Below are positions 35,891 to 49,925 of a stretch of 64,000 bases of DNA, piece by piece; the first letter of the stretch is position 1, and every line of letters begins with the position of its first letter. The stretch spans positions 53,878,001-53,942,000 of the forward strand of contig OX597819.1 of assembly GCA_951406725.2 (NCBI GenBank), written 5' to 3'. The stretch is from Octopus vulgaris. Taxonomy: Eukaryota. The notes beneath the pieces are model-generated. The model had not been told where the DNA came from and did not search any database. It saw only the letters and a list, made by a program, of their open reading frames with translations. A program made the position numbers and the translations under genes.

Positions 35891-38491
35891 AGAACATATT
35901 TTGACCAGTCCTTCTTAGATAATTGGCAAGATAAACTGTAGTTGTACCTGAATGATTCTAAAGATAAAACACATTTACATTTCATATAAATGTTGTTAGT
36001 GGTGGTGGTAATGGTGGTGGTGGTGGTGGTGTTGGTTATATTTCTGTTCTTGTTTTTCTACTCCTTGTCAATGAAGCAGACTGCTCAGCTGCACTGGTTA
36101 AATAGACCTATGGTTACGAAAGTGATTTTTATGTCTAAGGCAATTTATTAAAAAATGTGACTTTTTTGTGTTTTTGTGTAGCTTTTACTCCCTTTTGATA
36201 TCAACCCACCTGAGACTGACCCTAGTTCCTGATTTAAAGTGGGCTAAATTAAAACTTTCTATAAAAAAAAAAAAGAACATTTTTTTTTTGGTGTTAATTT
36301 ATGTTCCATACACCCCCAACTTAATAATCCCTTCTGCAAAAGGCACAAGGCCTGAAATTTTGGGGAGGGGAGTCGATTACATTGAAACCCCTCTCCAGTA
36401 CATGACAGGTACTTATTTTATCAACCCCAGAAGGATGAAAGCCAAAGTCAACCTTAGTGGAATTTGAACGCAGAACGTGATGAGGGACAAATGCTGCTAA
36501 ACATTTCACTTAACATGATAACGATTTTGCCATTTTACCCCAACTTAATAATGACAAAAGCTATTTTAACTAAACTCTTCATTATTTTCAAAGAGAATTG
36601 AAACAAAGGGAGTGTATTTTAAAAGAAATGTGTTATCAAAAAGGTTAATAGGTCCCAAAGCTACATGAAATGCTGCTGCGGGTACTTTTCTTTTAAACCT
36701 TCGAAAGATGAATTGCAAATTTATTTCATCTCCTTTCCTCTTTCATTTTTTTCTGTTTGTTTTTTCATGGTCTGATCAGGAGAAAGAGGCTGTGCCCTTG
36801 GTTTTTAAAGGTCCCTCAAGACCCATGAAATCTATGTGATTAATGTTTCTCTTGAACAGTTGTGAGTCAACAGCTGCATGGAAAACATGGACAAAGAGAG
36901 AAGTGAGAGGATTGACTTTCCAAAGAGGACAGACTGGACCTAGCAGTTAGTGTGGGTTTTTAGGGGTGGAAGTGGTTGTAATATGGGTGTTGGGAGGAGA
37001 GGAGAGATATTTGAGTTGAGTGAAGGTTGCATAAAGTCAACTCATTTTGAAGGGCAGGGGCCACTATAGCAGTGGTAGAAAAATTAGAACGAGGAGACAG
37101 AGGCCAGAGTGTGTTGGTGAATGATACAATCAACAAGAACTCCACTTTTATTGATTGTAACAACATGAATTTAATTTGCTTCTTGACCATTTTATGCAAT
37201 AATATTGTATTGATAACATTATTGATAAATATCTCATATGATATTGTATTATCATTTCAGTTCCAAATGTCATGATATTTTACCTTGCATGGCATCTTGG
37301 GCAAGTGTCTTCTACTATAGCCATGTGCTGACCAATGCCTTGCAAGTGAATTTAGTCAATGGAAATTGTGTGGAAGCCTGTTATACACACACACATGTAT
37401 GTATGTGTGTAGATATGCATGTATTTGTGTTTGTCTCCTACCACTGTTTGACAACCAATGTGGGTTTGTTTATGTCCTTGTAACTTAGTGGGGCTGATTT
37501 GTTTGATTAAAATATTTCAAGGTGGTACTCCAGCATGGCCACTGTCCAATGACTGAAGCATGTAAAAGAATAACAGATAAGATATTTTGTATGGTATCAT
37601 TTAAGAAATACTTTGTGGTATTTTCATGTTATCACAATTGCCAAATATTTTCTGTGACAAGAATATTCCATGTTCACTAATCCCTTTGTGTAGTACACAG
37701 TCCTGTGAGGATAAAGTGTTGTGCTGTTGATCACAAGGTTGTGAGTTCAAACTTCACTATAGTTGTTACAGTGTCCTTCTGGGTCAAATATATTTTTCTG
37801 ATTGGGTAAAAGAAGAATAGAAGGATGGACCTCTAACTGTAAATGCCCTTTTTTTAGCCCTATCTTTTAAAATTCTTCTTACTCCAGCTCATTTATTGTT
37901 TTTTTTTTGTTTCCAAAGGCTCTAACTGAAAAATTTTTTTTTTTCTCTCAAGTGCATTTCTATCACATGGACAACATTGCTAACACTCATTCATCAGTAT
38001 CTCTGGTATAATGTCTAATTGTGCTGTGAGCTATGAAGTTCTTACAGTCTCTCAATTTCCTTTAATGACAGAGTGCCTCATGGTCCTAGCAGACAAAATG
38101 GTAAAAGTGTTGCTCTAGAGGGTGGCAAGGAAGATACTCTGGAACAGCCATGGGGCTTGCACCTGTGGATAGCCATCTGCCTTGATAGTAGTGAGCAGGG
38201 ATGTGGTCTTGGGTCCAAGAATGCCTGAGTTCTCCACTGCCACAGGTTCAACCTAGACCTGTCAGAGAGTGACCGATATTTTGACAATTTGCTTTTTCTC
38301 ATCCTGACGAGCAGCAGAGCCTGCGCTGGTAGTTCAACACACCAAGTTGCTATTGCATATGGCATCCCAGATGGGGGGATGGGGGCAACTGCCATGGAAT
38401 AAGAAAATAGTCATATCGTCAGGTTTTCTACTGTCCCCTTGCTCTAGCCTTGCTGGCTCAAGTTGGAAAGAGAAGTCTGTAGCATCTAGGC

Positions 38492-38743
38492 CAGGGATGG
38501 GCAACTTTTCATCAACTGGGGTCCTGCATTGTATCATTTCCAAGTGGGAGAGGGCCACATGATAAAACACATATGCACTGAATTTTTTACAGTTCTTAAT
38601 TTCATTTGTCTTATTATGAAAGTTTATTCGTCTTAGTATGAAATTTTATTTGTCTTGGTATGAAATTAGTAACTTGTCGAGGGCCACACAACAGCATGTT
38701 GAGGGCCGCAAGCAGCCTGCAGGCCACAGGTTGCCTTTGCATG
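38492..38743. mobile_element. hAT (Charlie-like) MITE
   Basis: Perfect 8-bp TSD atctaggc (38484-38491 and 38744-38751); ends cagggatgggcaac / gttgcctttgcatg; internal GGGCC(A/G)CA subterminal repeats. Confidence 0.82.
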
Positions 38744-40052
38744 ATCTAGGCCGCCCTTTATGATTTCTTTAAGGGCAACATGGCACGGAAGGCAGCCAGC
38801 ACTATAATGGCATTACTTATTCTATCAGTCTCTTTTGCCAAAATTATGTTATGGAGATATAAACAAACCAATACCAGTTGTCAAGTGGTGGCAGGGACAA
38901 ACCACAGCCATTGAGTTTCTATTTGTGTTCCTGATATCATGGTACTGCTTTTGAGTAGTCTCCTCTCAGTAGCAGTAAAATAGAGCAATCATTGGTAGAT
39001 AGATCAAAGGAATAGATTTAATGGCATCAAATATAATAGACACTTCATTTAGCTTGGTATTATTTTTATTTATATGGGGTACAGATTTCAGCTATTTTTT
39101 ATAGCATAAGGTCAGTGTAGGTTAATGATGAAAATAGGGTAGTACTCATGGGTATGACATTCCCTTACTTTTCAGCTCCCTGTATTCATTCCAGTTGCAG
39201 GGTCTCGATAAAGTCCTGTGTCGTTATTTTTCATCACTACCTCCCCGTGCCAAGAGTGGGTAATTTGCACACCTGCTGCCTTCCTTGAGTGTTGTAGTGT
39301 TTTCACATGCTCCCTCTCCAGAACTGAACTAAACCTCGGCCTCAAAGACCTTGGTGAACCCCAAGTCCCTAAAAATCCATTTCCATTATTGGTGTGGATG
39401 TCCTTGGTGCAATTTTGAGACACTCGTCAGTGTGTTCTAGTTAACTCCTGATCAGCAAATTTTTTCATTTTAATGTTTGTACATTGTTTTCTCCATTCTG
39501 TATAAATATTAGGGGTTTATTGAATACTACTCTGAGATACTTAGGGTATTTCTCTGAGTGGAGTAATTTATTACTGTGCTGTATTTGTTAGATTTTGTGG
39601 TGTTCATTTTCAGATGCCAGTCACTGAAGTTCTTCATTACTTGAATGTCTCTGTTAAGCATTGTCTCCAATTCGGTCACATTGTTGGATTAGTAGACTAC
39701 AGCTACAAAATGTAAGATGTCTTACATCTCTTCTCTGAATCATTCCTATGCTATTACTGTGGTGATGGCGAAAGTACTTCAGTGATCCTGAAGAGGAAAT
39801 CAGCTGCTAAAATTCAATCAGGCTGAACCAGCAGAGAAGAAGGGAACCAACCTAGTACTTACATCCTCCACATGAGGACATCAGTGCTATGCCCAAAGAC
39901 TGTCAGGTGGTTTGATTGAATACTTTACCTCAATATCTCTGTTATAGCCCAACTGGGTAACTGAATTATTATATGTTAAATGTTTATGTATATTTTTCAG
40001 ATATCAAATTTTTCTAATGCTTTTTTTTCTCTCATTTCTTTTTTCTTTACAG

Positions 40053-40862
40053 AATTCTATACGTCACAATTTGTCTTTGAATAAATGTTTCCAAAAAGTT
40101 CCTCGGAGAAAAGATGAACCTGGTAAAGGAGGTTTCTGGAAGGTGAATCCTGAATATATTGACCAGATAGAAAATGGTATATTGAAGAAAAGAAAGCACA
40201 ATGATCTTAACTACACACCCTTGAAGCGAAGTCGGTCAGACATTAGCTGTCAATCAGACAGTTTGAATTCCCAATCAGGACCTGATTGGGAAGGCAACAA
40301 AGCTGCAGAAATGCTGTCAAATGTCATTCACCTGCCTCCCACTGATGAAGTGAGTAATGACTTTAACCTGAACTTCCTGTTTGACCAAGACATCATGGTT
40401 GGCGATGTGAAAGTGAAAACAGAAACAATTATTGACGAAGTAGATTATGGTTCTTTGATGGCGCTTAGTCCTCCAGATTCTGATGGATCCAACGCTGACG
40501 ATATCAGCATGGACAATTTTTTCTGTAGCAATATATTAAACAAGCCTGTAAATTCTTCCATGAATGGTCGGGGGCATTCACTGGATGGTTCTCTAACTAA
40601 TAACCCCCTCGATTTAACTGTAAAAGGTACTGGTATCAAACATTGGTGGGCTGGGAATGACATGTGTAGCAACAGCTTCAATCTTAGTGCTGAGACTCGA
40701 GACTTTCTTAACAACACTATATTCACTATATGTGACAGTGCTGATGGACTGAACACACCTGAATCAAGTTCACCTTTACCTGAGAATCCCCACCCTTGGG
40801 CAGAATCTCGAACCCATTCTGACGATATGACAGCAACTTTTGATATTGATACAATAATGTAA
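40053..40862 (+). CDS. FOXJ1: Forkhead box protein J1, terminal coding exon (C-terminal half of the forkhead domain plus acidic/Ser-rich tail, 269 aa + stop)
   Basis: A polypyrimidine tract ending in ttttctttacAG (40051-40052) is followed in phase 0 by [35 protein letters not shown]...KKRK. This is FoxJ1-type helix 3/wing ([10 protein letters not shown]). C-terminal LDLTVKG..WW and HPWAE motifs follow; stop TAA at 40860-40862. The upstream exon (KPPYSY...WQ) was not recognised in the window. Confidence 0.92.
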   Translation, partial: NSIRHNLSLNKCFQKVPRRKDEPGKGGFWKVNPEYIDQIENGILKKRKHNDLNYTPLKRSRSDISCQSDSLNSQSGPDWEGNKAAEMLSNVIHLPPTDEVSNDFNLNFLFDQDIMVGDVKVKTETIIDEVDYGSLMALSPPDSDGSNADDISMDNFFCSNILNKPVNSSMNGRGHSLDGSLTNNPLDLTVKGTGIKHWWAGNDMCSNSFNLSAETRDFLNNTIFTICDSADGLNTPESSSPLPENPHPWAESRTHSDDMTATFDIDTIM

Positions 40863-42114
40863 ACCAGACAAAAAAGAATGGTAACTGAGTGTGACATATA
40901 ACAACATCATCTTGGAAAATGGTTCACAAAAAGATCAGTAAAATTTAAACACCAAAAAGTTATTTGGTTTCTAATTCTACGATACTTCTACTAACATTAA
41001 ACACCTTCTAAACATATCTTTCTAATCTTAATAATTTCTTGGTGATATATTACTACTTTTTGTTTGCCTTTCCAATCTCCTCTCAGATTCATACATCCTG
41101 CAGTAACCTAAAAAGCAGCATTTTGGCTTGGTTTGGTAGTTTGTTTGTTTTGTTTTGTTTTGTTTTATTTTACAACAAAAAAAAGAAAAGAAAAAAAGAG
41201 ATAAAACAGAGCAACACAAAAATAACAAAATATATAAAATGAGATAAAAATATTGTACCACTGGTCAATGTTGAAAAATTTTAAGATGCTATATTTTATT
41301 TTAATTTAGTCCCTCCCACCCATTTTTTTCTTTTTCTTATGTGAACAATCACTTGGTAACTAGGACTTAATGAACCATTAATGATTTTGGTCTCCTGAAG
41401 TTGCTGTAGAGGATCGACTGATATCTTAACAATGGGCGGAGTTTGTTTTTCCATTTGCTGTCATAGATATGAACTTCAATAAAGTGTATTCTCCATTATT
41501 ACCTTTAAATTCTAACACAATGAACTTTCTACCCAATTGTTGTCAACTACATCTTCCTTCAGCTCATTACAACAAAGCATCAGATTTCTAAGAAGATAAT
41601 TTAGCCATGTGGTAGGTTTTCAGTTTTCATGTTTTGAAAATCTATTGAAAAAAAAAATAATAAAAATTTGGAAAAAAAAATTTACAAAAATTAAAAACAT
41701 TGAATACATTCTTCAACTTCCGGTTCTAATATTTGTTGACTGCAGTTACTCATAGCTTCCATATGGTATTGATGGACAGAGCCACACAGTCCAAGTTGCA
41801 TTCTACAAGGACATATTTAATCTATTGTCTAAATCATATATCTTAAGTGTTTGTTTTATGTATGCATGTGTGAATGTTGTTTGTATATGAGTGTATGCAT
41901 GTTGTGTGTGTGTGTCTCTTTAATTGTGTCTTTATATTAGTCTTCTACTCTGTGGCAATGCCTTAATCTTTTAATCTTGGTTGTTAGATTGATTACAATG
42001 GAAATCTTAAGAAATAGATACCAAAGTCTTATGTGCTTTGTTATATATATTCCTTGTGAGATTTTCTATTGAGCCTTTAAAAAAACCTCCGTCCATTTTA
42101 TATTTGACTGAAAT

Positions 42115-42120
42115 AATAAA
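42115..42120 (+). promoter_or_regulatory. Candidate FoxJ1 polyadenylation signal (alternative at 41478-41483)
   Basis: AATAAA followed within ~20 nt by GT-rich tgagtgtgttttct, at the end of a largely repeat-free AT-rich stretch (putative ~1.3-kb 3' UTR). Confidence 0.4.
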
Positions 42121-42329
42121 TACACTGTTACATTTGAGTGTGTTTTCTCAATGCTTGTATTCTTCTAAAACCCTCTTTAGAAATTGGAACATGTTTTAAA
42201 CGTTGCAGTAATTTACAGAAGCCAGAAAAGAGTTACTGTTTTGACATTCTGTATAATACCAAGCATTAAAAGTAAATAACAATTACAAAATTTTCATATT
42301 TTTATAGGTAAGATTCTAAAAGAGGAAGA

Positions 42330-42735
42330 TATTTATCTGACTCAAGCACCACTCATAAAAGAGAACACCACTATTCCACACCCTTGCTAAACATGAGCAG
42401 CACTCTGCTAGAGCCCTCACAGTTACTCCTAGTGCTGAGCTTTGTATCAATTAGGCAAATGCACATTCTTAGTGCAGCTAGGACTGCATCAAAGCCAAAA
42501 GATATTTGAGTCCCCAACAATAACTGACAGTTTACAAGACTGAAGTGAGGCCCACAGTGGTGTAGTACTCCCTTTTCCATGACAGTGTTACTGCTATGCA
42601 TCAAGAGAAAGGTCACTTTGCTAACTGGTATTCAGTCACTTAGGGACATGCTCCAGCCACTGACCCACAGGCATGCAGTCTCCTCTCTCCATCTTTCAAC
42701 CACTTCTATAATGGTCTTTGTTCTTCAGAGATGTG
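42330..42735 (+). mobile_element. CR1/Jockey-group LINE RT C-terminal relic
   Basis: YLSPQQ*LTVYKTEVRPTV, LQPLTHRHAVSSL and FYNGLCSSE across frames. Confidence 0.6.
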
Positions 42736-45053
42736 ATAGTTCTACACACACACACACACACCACAAACAATAGATTTTTTAAAGACAATATTAAGTAGAC
42801 TCCTCCATATATGTTCAGGAATCTCAGTCTGCATTTGCCTCCTTCACTTTCATGCAGAATAAACTAGAGAACTGTAAAAACCCAATTCTCAAATTTATCA
42901 AAGACTTTTGTCACGTCATTCTGCCAAATTAAGCAATCCTTCAACAACCTGCACTTCGTCCTGCTACACACATTCACATTCACATTTTTAGTGAAATTCT
43001 CAACATGTATTTAACAGAATCATGGTTATACTGTTTGAACTAACCACATTGATATGTAATGTTTGTACTTCTAGTACTAGTTATGTTGGTATGTATTTTT
43101 TTGTACTGATGGTATTATGCTGGTATGTTTAGTATAATGTAAATTACTGATGATGCCATTGTCACATGTTAAATCCAACATACTCATTATCACTTTACAC
43201 ACATATGTCCTTATGACACAGTTTTTCCACTTGCCAAAGCAAAGAAGCTCCGTAACAGGTTACAGCAAAGAGCCTAATTTTCTTCCCCATATACTCTATT
43301 ATCGACCATGTTTGCTAAACAGTAGCTTTGAGAGAACCATTGTACTGTACAACTGCAACTTGAGAAAAGAATGTTGATCCAGTTACTGTAGTGTTACCTT
43401 AATCAAACCAGTAACATGTGCAGATCACTTTCAAATTATATATGGATCTAGGGTACTTGATGCTTTGCACAATCTTTTACATCATCATATGATAATCTGA
43501 ATGAATTTCCATCTGTCCTGAAACTGATGCACATCACTTTAATTTTTCCATGATTGGCTTCAAGATCTATGTCTAAGGTAACAGATTAAAGGTTTATTAG
43601 GAGCTAAATAGACGGTTTATCATCCAGGAGAATATTATCATCTTTGAACTCCATATCAAGAAATGTGAGCCACTGACCACCAACTCTTTAGCGTTTAATC
43701 TACGTTTATTCTTTAGCATTTATTCTACATGTTTTATGTTGAAATCAGATTCTACATGTTTTATGTTGAAATCAACCCATCTCTCACACCTACCCTACAA
43801 TGTCATTCTAATAATATACAATCACATCATTGAAATCTTGAAGCTACAAAATAAGACATGGTTAATTCAAAACAATGTGAATAAATAAGACAGAGTAATC
43901 TGAATGCTAAAGAATTAAAGCATGATGCCATGCTCTCTGGTTTTAGCTGAAGACAAATAATCCAACACTACTGTCACTATAAATGGTATTAATAACTTTT
44001 GCAGGTACCCTGTAGTGTTATAAGGTAACCCATATAATTTGCCAATTTACAAAGTCAAAGCCCTTAAGGTATTACACACATATGACTCGCAGAAGTTTTT
44101 TTTTTTTATGATAATCTTCCATAATTCTTCCCAGCTTGTGAATCAGTTTAGCAAATATTCTGCCTCTCATGAAACTAACCCAGGGAAGAACGATAGTAGT
44201 CATATGTTAAACACTGCATTGATTCAGTTCAGAAAAATTCTGTTGTAAATTTGGGATTAGTTAAGATTCTAACGTCATGAAAAGAAGGAAACTTCTAAGA
44301 AAAGAAAATTAATCATTGTAGAAATTTTTCAATATACTGTTGAAACTCAGTGGAGAACCTGCTACATGTCTGTAACAAAGTCTTTAACCAAAGAACTTCT
44401 TCGAGTCAGTAGAGAGAAAGCATTAATATAAAAATATCTAAAATGACAATGGCCAACTTTAGAGGAACATTGCTCATGTTAAATCTGGCAAATATCATCA
44501 GATTTCTTATAATTCAAATCTATTCAGAGGAATTTTTTATATATTTATACTACACTAAGTGGACAAAAGTGTAATTGGTTACAGATTTCCAGTTATTCCA
44601 GCCTATTACTAGTTCGTTGCATTTCTGTTGGTAAGGGTGACATAAGGATTGTCGATAATTCAATGCAAAACAAATATCTCAAAGAGCTTCCTTCATAAAG
44701 GACCAGTTTTTCAGTTTTCTCAGCAACATTTATAGACACATGCATAGATGTGTGGTTAAGAAGTTTGCTTTGCTGCCATATAATGTTGGGTTCAATCTTA
44801 AGCAAGTACCTTTTATTATAGCCAACAGACCAATGCATTGTGAGTGAAAATTGGTAAGTAGAAACTGTATGGAAGCCCATCATATCTGTGTGTTTGCATA
44901 TGTATTTATATGTATACGCCTGTTTTTTACATTGATCCTGCTCAAAATCCAGTGACTTTGTGATTCAACAATAAAAACTGCTAAAGGCATCACTCACAAT
45001 GAATGAATGAATATATGTATGTGTGTGTGTGTGTGTGTGGTGCATGTATGTAT

Positions 45054-46630
45054 ACCTTGGCTGCTGTTTCTCATATCTTAATCTTCAGGTCTTACCAAAA
45101 CTTCTGTGGGTCTGTTTCAGCTACTTTGATGTTCAAACTTACTGTTCAAACTTGACTGAAGCTCTTCCTGCTGTTGTGGAAGTTTGTTGTTCTTTAGTTT
45201 CTTTGTTAGAGGAGTTGTCTCTTTGACATGCTTGATGGACAATCTGACTTTTTCACAATCAAACCTATGGTTTGTGTAGCATGACTCTTATGGAGCATGT
45301 CCTTCATATCTGCCTGCCACAACAAGATGTAGTCCAGCAGAATGCCAGTGTTTTGACCATCCATGTCTTCAGGTTGTCTTGAACTGTGCTTTCTGCTGAA
45401 ACAGAATATTGGTGATGACAAAACGGATGTTGTGGGTTTCCTCATTGAGAAAGAACAAGGACTGGTCTGATGAAAAGGATGACGAGATCCAGTAACTTCT
45501 CTACTAGAAGTGCACTTGTCACCAAACAGTGCTTGCCAACCCCAACAGCTTGTTAGCCAAATCTTCCTATATGTCTACCAGCAGCATCCTCTAGTGGAAA
45601 CTGCAGGATATCCAGAAAAACTGGTGGGAAACACTTGCTGAGAGAACACATTGTTATGCTGACCAAGCAGACATCTTTCTATAATGCGTTTCACACAGTA
45701 TACAGTCCTACCAATCAAGCCCCTCTGCACTCTGTTGATGGATCAATTTTACTGACAGAGAATAAGGACATCATGCATCACTGGACTAAACAATTTGCAA
45801 ATCTTTTTGGGGACAGGCATACACTCAGTGCAAGCAGTACCAGAATACCACAACAGGAGGCAAAAACAGAGCTGGACAACACACCTTCCATCAGTGAGAT
45901 AAAGGCAGTGATTGCTGAGCTGAGAAATCATGAAGCTCCTGGTGTAGATGGTCTTCCAGGAGAAATATGCAAGTATGGTGGGAACTGACTTCAGAAGCTC
46001 ACTAACCACTTTTAATGGTGCTGGGTGAGAAGGGAAATCCTGCATGACCTGCACAACACCACAGAAATATCTCTGTCCAAAGGAGAAAAGTCAGAATTCT
46101 CCAACTGCAAAGGCATCATGTTGCTTTCCCTTGCAGACAAGATGCTGGTGTATGTTCTTCTAGAAAGACTCATCTCTGCCATAACTGATGAAGTCTGTCC
46201 AAAGCATCATTGTGGTCTTTGTCCTCCACCAGATACAGGAGAAATTCAGAGAGCAAAACATGGCCCTTTATGCTGCTTTCAAAGATCTGACAAAGATATT
46301 TGATATGGTTAGTAAGTATAGGCTGTGGAGAATCCTGAGTGGCTCAAGTCTCTCTTTGTCTTCCAACTTCTACCCAAGGGCCAGTGGGGACAGCTCAAAT
46401 ACCTGTTGAAACCCTTTTCCCATTGAGAACAGTGTGAAACAAGGTTGTGTCCTAGCCCCACCTCCCTTCATGATCTTCAGCATGATGCTGTGAGAGACCA
46501 AGGAAGACTTGCATAAGGGCAACTACATCTGTTTCCATACTGATGGTAACATATTCAACTCTTGCCAACTCCCAAGCTCATGTAAAGGCTCTGAAGGAGC
46601 TTCTCTTTGACCTGCTTTTACAGACACTAC
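45054..46630 (+). mobile_element. RTE(-BovB-like) LINE relic with inverted 5' segment
   Basis: On + from ~45426: RKNKDWSDEKD, ELDNTPSISEI, APGVDGLPGE, KGIMLLS, QIQEKFREQN, DLTKIFDMVS and VKQGCVLAP. On - (45054-45427): the end of the endonuclease, VITNILFQQK..KTT, LLDYIL and ETAAKV. Confidence 0.85.
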
Positions 46631-47869
46631 TGGTTACTGTTTGATGCTTGTGCAGCATTTTTGCTGGGGTATTGACATCTCAGTGATGTTTTTGAACTTG
46701 TTTAATATGTTGTGAAGCTGCATAATGTCCTTTACAAGTGTGGGGTTCTCACCAGTGAAACAATTTTGGTTAAGTTGAGTTGATATCAATAAATGCAACA
46801 ACACAAATTCTGTTTGGATTTTTAAATACAAAATTATTTATTTTATTGTTAAACAGAACAATGTATTATCATCACAACCAACGACAGAAAAATGTTCTGA
46901 CCAAATTAAAATATTTCAGCAGTTTGTAATATATTTGTGTATCAAGAAAAAATAGCCTTCATTGTGTGATTTTAGCAGCTAGGTGATTTTGGCTGTGCCA
47001 CTGAAGTCATCATCCATTGGTCTTGACAGCTATAGCCACACTTGTAGCTGACCAGTTCAAGGCACACACCACTAATCTCTTACACACACCACTGGTTAGA
47101 AGAAAAACAGATCTATATGTAACTTTTTCTTTCAGAGAGAAAATGGCACCAAAAATGGAATTGTTAATGAGATCCTGTTCTAGTATAGATCCAAGTGATC
47201 AGTGCTTGATGACAGAATCAATAATTGAATGAATTGCATTCATGACATTTACTTGTTTCTACATCAAGTACAGTGATTCAGTTTTTCTTCATAGGTGCTC
47301 ATGTCTGCTAAATATTCCTGCTACAGACCACAGAACTTTTTACTCCAACCCCAAAAGAATGAAAGGTAAAGTTGACATTAGCAAGATTTGAACTGAGAAC
47401 ACAAGTATTGCAACAAATACTGCAAAATACTCCATCCAATGTGAAGGCATATGGCTTAGTAGTTAAGGAGTAGGACTCATCATTGTAAATTTGTGGTTTC
47501 AATTCTTGTGCTGGGTGATGCATTGTATTCTTCATTTCTCGTTTCTCCAGTCCTCTCAGCTGGCAAAAATGAGGAATCCTTTGACAGACCAGCAACTCAT
47601 CCTGGAATAAAATATATACACTAGAGAAATTGGTCCTATGCCCCTTATAGAGTATAATGTGAACTAACCATGCCATCCAATTCTTTGACATTTTGCCAGC
47701 AGACATTAATACAATATTAAAAGGGACAATAAATTTTAACCTTATTTATTCTTTGAGCATCTTCTACACAGTGATCTCCCTGATTTATTATTTGTTCAAG
47801 CTTCTTTCCTTCTAGTTTCATATTTGCTTCCTTTTGTTCTGTTTAATAACCGTTGTCTTTGCCTTTTAA

Positions 47870-48680
47870 ATAAGGCTAAAACAACATTTATAAGAATGAA
47901 AACGATCTTCACATCAGAAGACATAACACTGCACCAAAATTGAAGCAAATAAACTTATATTATACTAGTTGTCCTCTATGAGGCAGAAACTTGGGCAATG
48001 TACATAGTGATAGAGAAGAAAACAGAAGCCTATTAAATGCAGATCATTCACAGATTGAGCAGAATAAACTGGAAGGACAAAGTAATAAACATTGCAGTAC
48101 TAGAAAACCTGAGAGGCGAAACTAGTCCAGGGAAGAACAATAGTGGTCATGTGTTAACCACTGCATTGATTCAGTTCAAAAAAATTCTGTTGTAAATTTG
48201 GGATTAGTTAAGTTTCTAATGTCATGAAAAGAAGGAGTTTAAGGTTCCTAATAAGACTGAAAAGCTGCTAATATTTAAGAGAAGAATCAAGTGATGGTTT
48301 GGCTTTAAAGCAAGTTGCAGCCATCATACAAACATGATTGACCTTGAACTCTGCTGTGCATGTGCACTAAGTTTTAATGTTCTAGCTCACTTCTGCTGTT
48401 TACAGCAGTGCTTGGAAGGAAGGTGTGTAGCATGTGATCCTCATACTGACCATGAATCTGCATCAAATTTTGCCAAAACTATTGTCAAAAATCAAGTCCA
48501 CAAAGTCATCATATTTTGAACATACAATGTGCCATAAGTCACTACTCAAGACCACATTATGGAAAGGAAGAGAGCAAGAGGTCATCAAAGGTGTTTGTGT
48601 GCTGACAACATCGAAGAATGGACTGGAGGCAAGAGCCTGGCTGATTGTGTGCATGCAACACAAGAGTCTCATGGAAAGCT
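47870..48680 (+). mobile_element. RTE-clade LINE C-terminal relic interrupted by a chimeric insertion (48118-48478)
   Basis: KAKTTFIRMKTIF, VLYEAETW and RINWKDKVIN..VLE on the left of the insert; SYFEH..SLLKT and DNIEEWTG on the right. Confidence 0.7.
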
Positions 48681-49514
48681 GACCCCTGGTTGATGGCTGA
48701 TGAAATAGGCCAATAAAACAGTTTCTACATGGTCACTTGGCCTGTTAGAAATAGTAGCCAAATTTCCCTTATCTCACACCTTACCATCTTTAGAAAAAGA
48801 ATGGCATATGGGATAATGTATTTTTAAATATAATGTCTGAAAATAAGGTGGAATGTTCATTGCTGGAATACCTTTGATCAGAGATTTACTTGATCAACAA
48901 TAGACATTAAATTTATGACACAGGCTAAATGAAAACTAACCCCTTTCTCAACCAGGGTCTGCCCTCCACCAGTTTGACAATCGATATTAGTGGATTTATG
49001 TCCCTGTAACTTAGTGATTCAACAAAAAGTAACTGATAGGATAAGTACCAGGCTTAAAAGAAAGTTCAAGGTGGTGCCCCAGCATGGCCACAGTCTAATG
49101 ACTGAAACAAGTATGAGATAAAAAAATGAACTGGTTATACATCTACAATATCCAAAATATTAAAATAACTTTTTATACAATTCCTAATAATATTTAATCA
49201 TAAAAATATAATAGAATTTTGTAAACATCAAATGACTACTCCCTACACTGGAGTAAAATAGAAATGAAAGGGGTCCATAGATGAACAAAAAAATGGTTGA
49301 GAAACTGTTCTAATAGTGTCAAACATTTTTTGGGGGTTTCTCTTTTCCCCCTAAAGGCCAATAAATTATTACTGCTTGGAGAAAAACAAATATGAAAAAA
49401 AAAAAAAGAAAATCCAGTAGATGCAGACAGACATGGCTGCGTGGTTAAGAGGTTTGCTCTGCAACCACATTGTTTCATGTTCAATCCCACTGTGGTAACT
49501 TCAGTAAACATTAA

Positions 49515-49735
49515 CCCTTTAGTGTTCAAACCGGCCAAATCCGGCCCAATATATTCTACATGTTTTATATTCAAACTGGTGATATCTGGCCTCTCACTCC
49601 TAACCTACAATGCCATTCTGAAAATAAACAATCACATCATTGAAATCTCAAAGCTATAAGATAATGCATGATTAATTCAAAACAATTTGAGTGAAAAAGC
49701 ATTACATTTAACAGAGTATTCTGAACACTAAAGGG
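49515..49735. mobile_element. piggyBac-like MITE (related copies ~30140-30355 and ~43680-43915)
   Basis: TTAA on both sides and a perfect 14-bp TIR ccctttagtgttca / tgaacactaaaggg. The internal sequence (caatcacatcattgaaatct..., aattcaaaacaat) recurs at the other loci. Confidence 0.7.
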
Positions 49736-49925
49736 TTAAACTCAGCCTCTCACTTGATTGTTTTAACATCTCTATTATGTGCTGCAAACTATGGCAGGCA
49801 GTAGACAGGCAAAACATTCACTGAAGAATTACATAATGGAATAAAGGCATATGTCAGTTTGGGTGGTAAACTCTCTCTCTGAACACCTACTTTAAGAGGC
49901 ACCCATCATTGCCACATCTTTGCAA

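Noticed and set aside
38030-38480. 105-aa and 78-aa ORFs in a GC-richer stretch as a host exon
   Set aside because: No recognisable motif; one ORF crosses a MITE boundary. Probably an unclassified decayed repeat.
39765-39800. GAAAgtacttc...CTGAAGA as a type-III hammerhead upstream of the FoxJ1 exon
   Set aside because: Stems I and II do not pair convincingly.
40017-40052. ATG at 40017 as the FoxJ1 start
   Set aside because: [12 protein letters not shown] is the intronic polypyrimidine tract and acceptor; starting here would give half a forkhead domain.
40445-40897. 150-aa antisense ORF over FoxJ1 (likewise antisense ORFs at 52853-53236 and 9825-10325)
   Set aside because: These are shadow ORFs of real coding sequence on the opposite strand.
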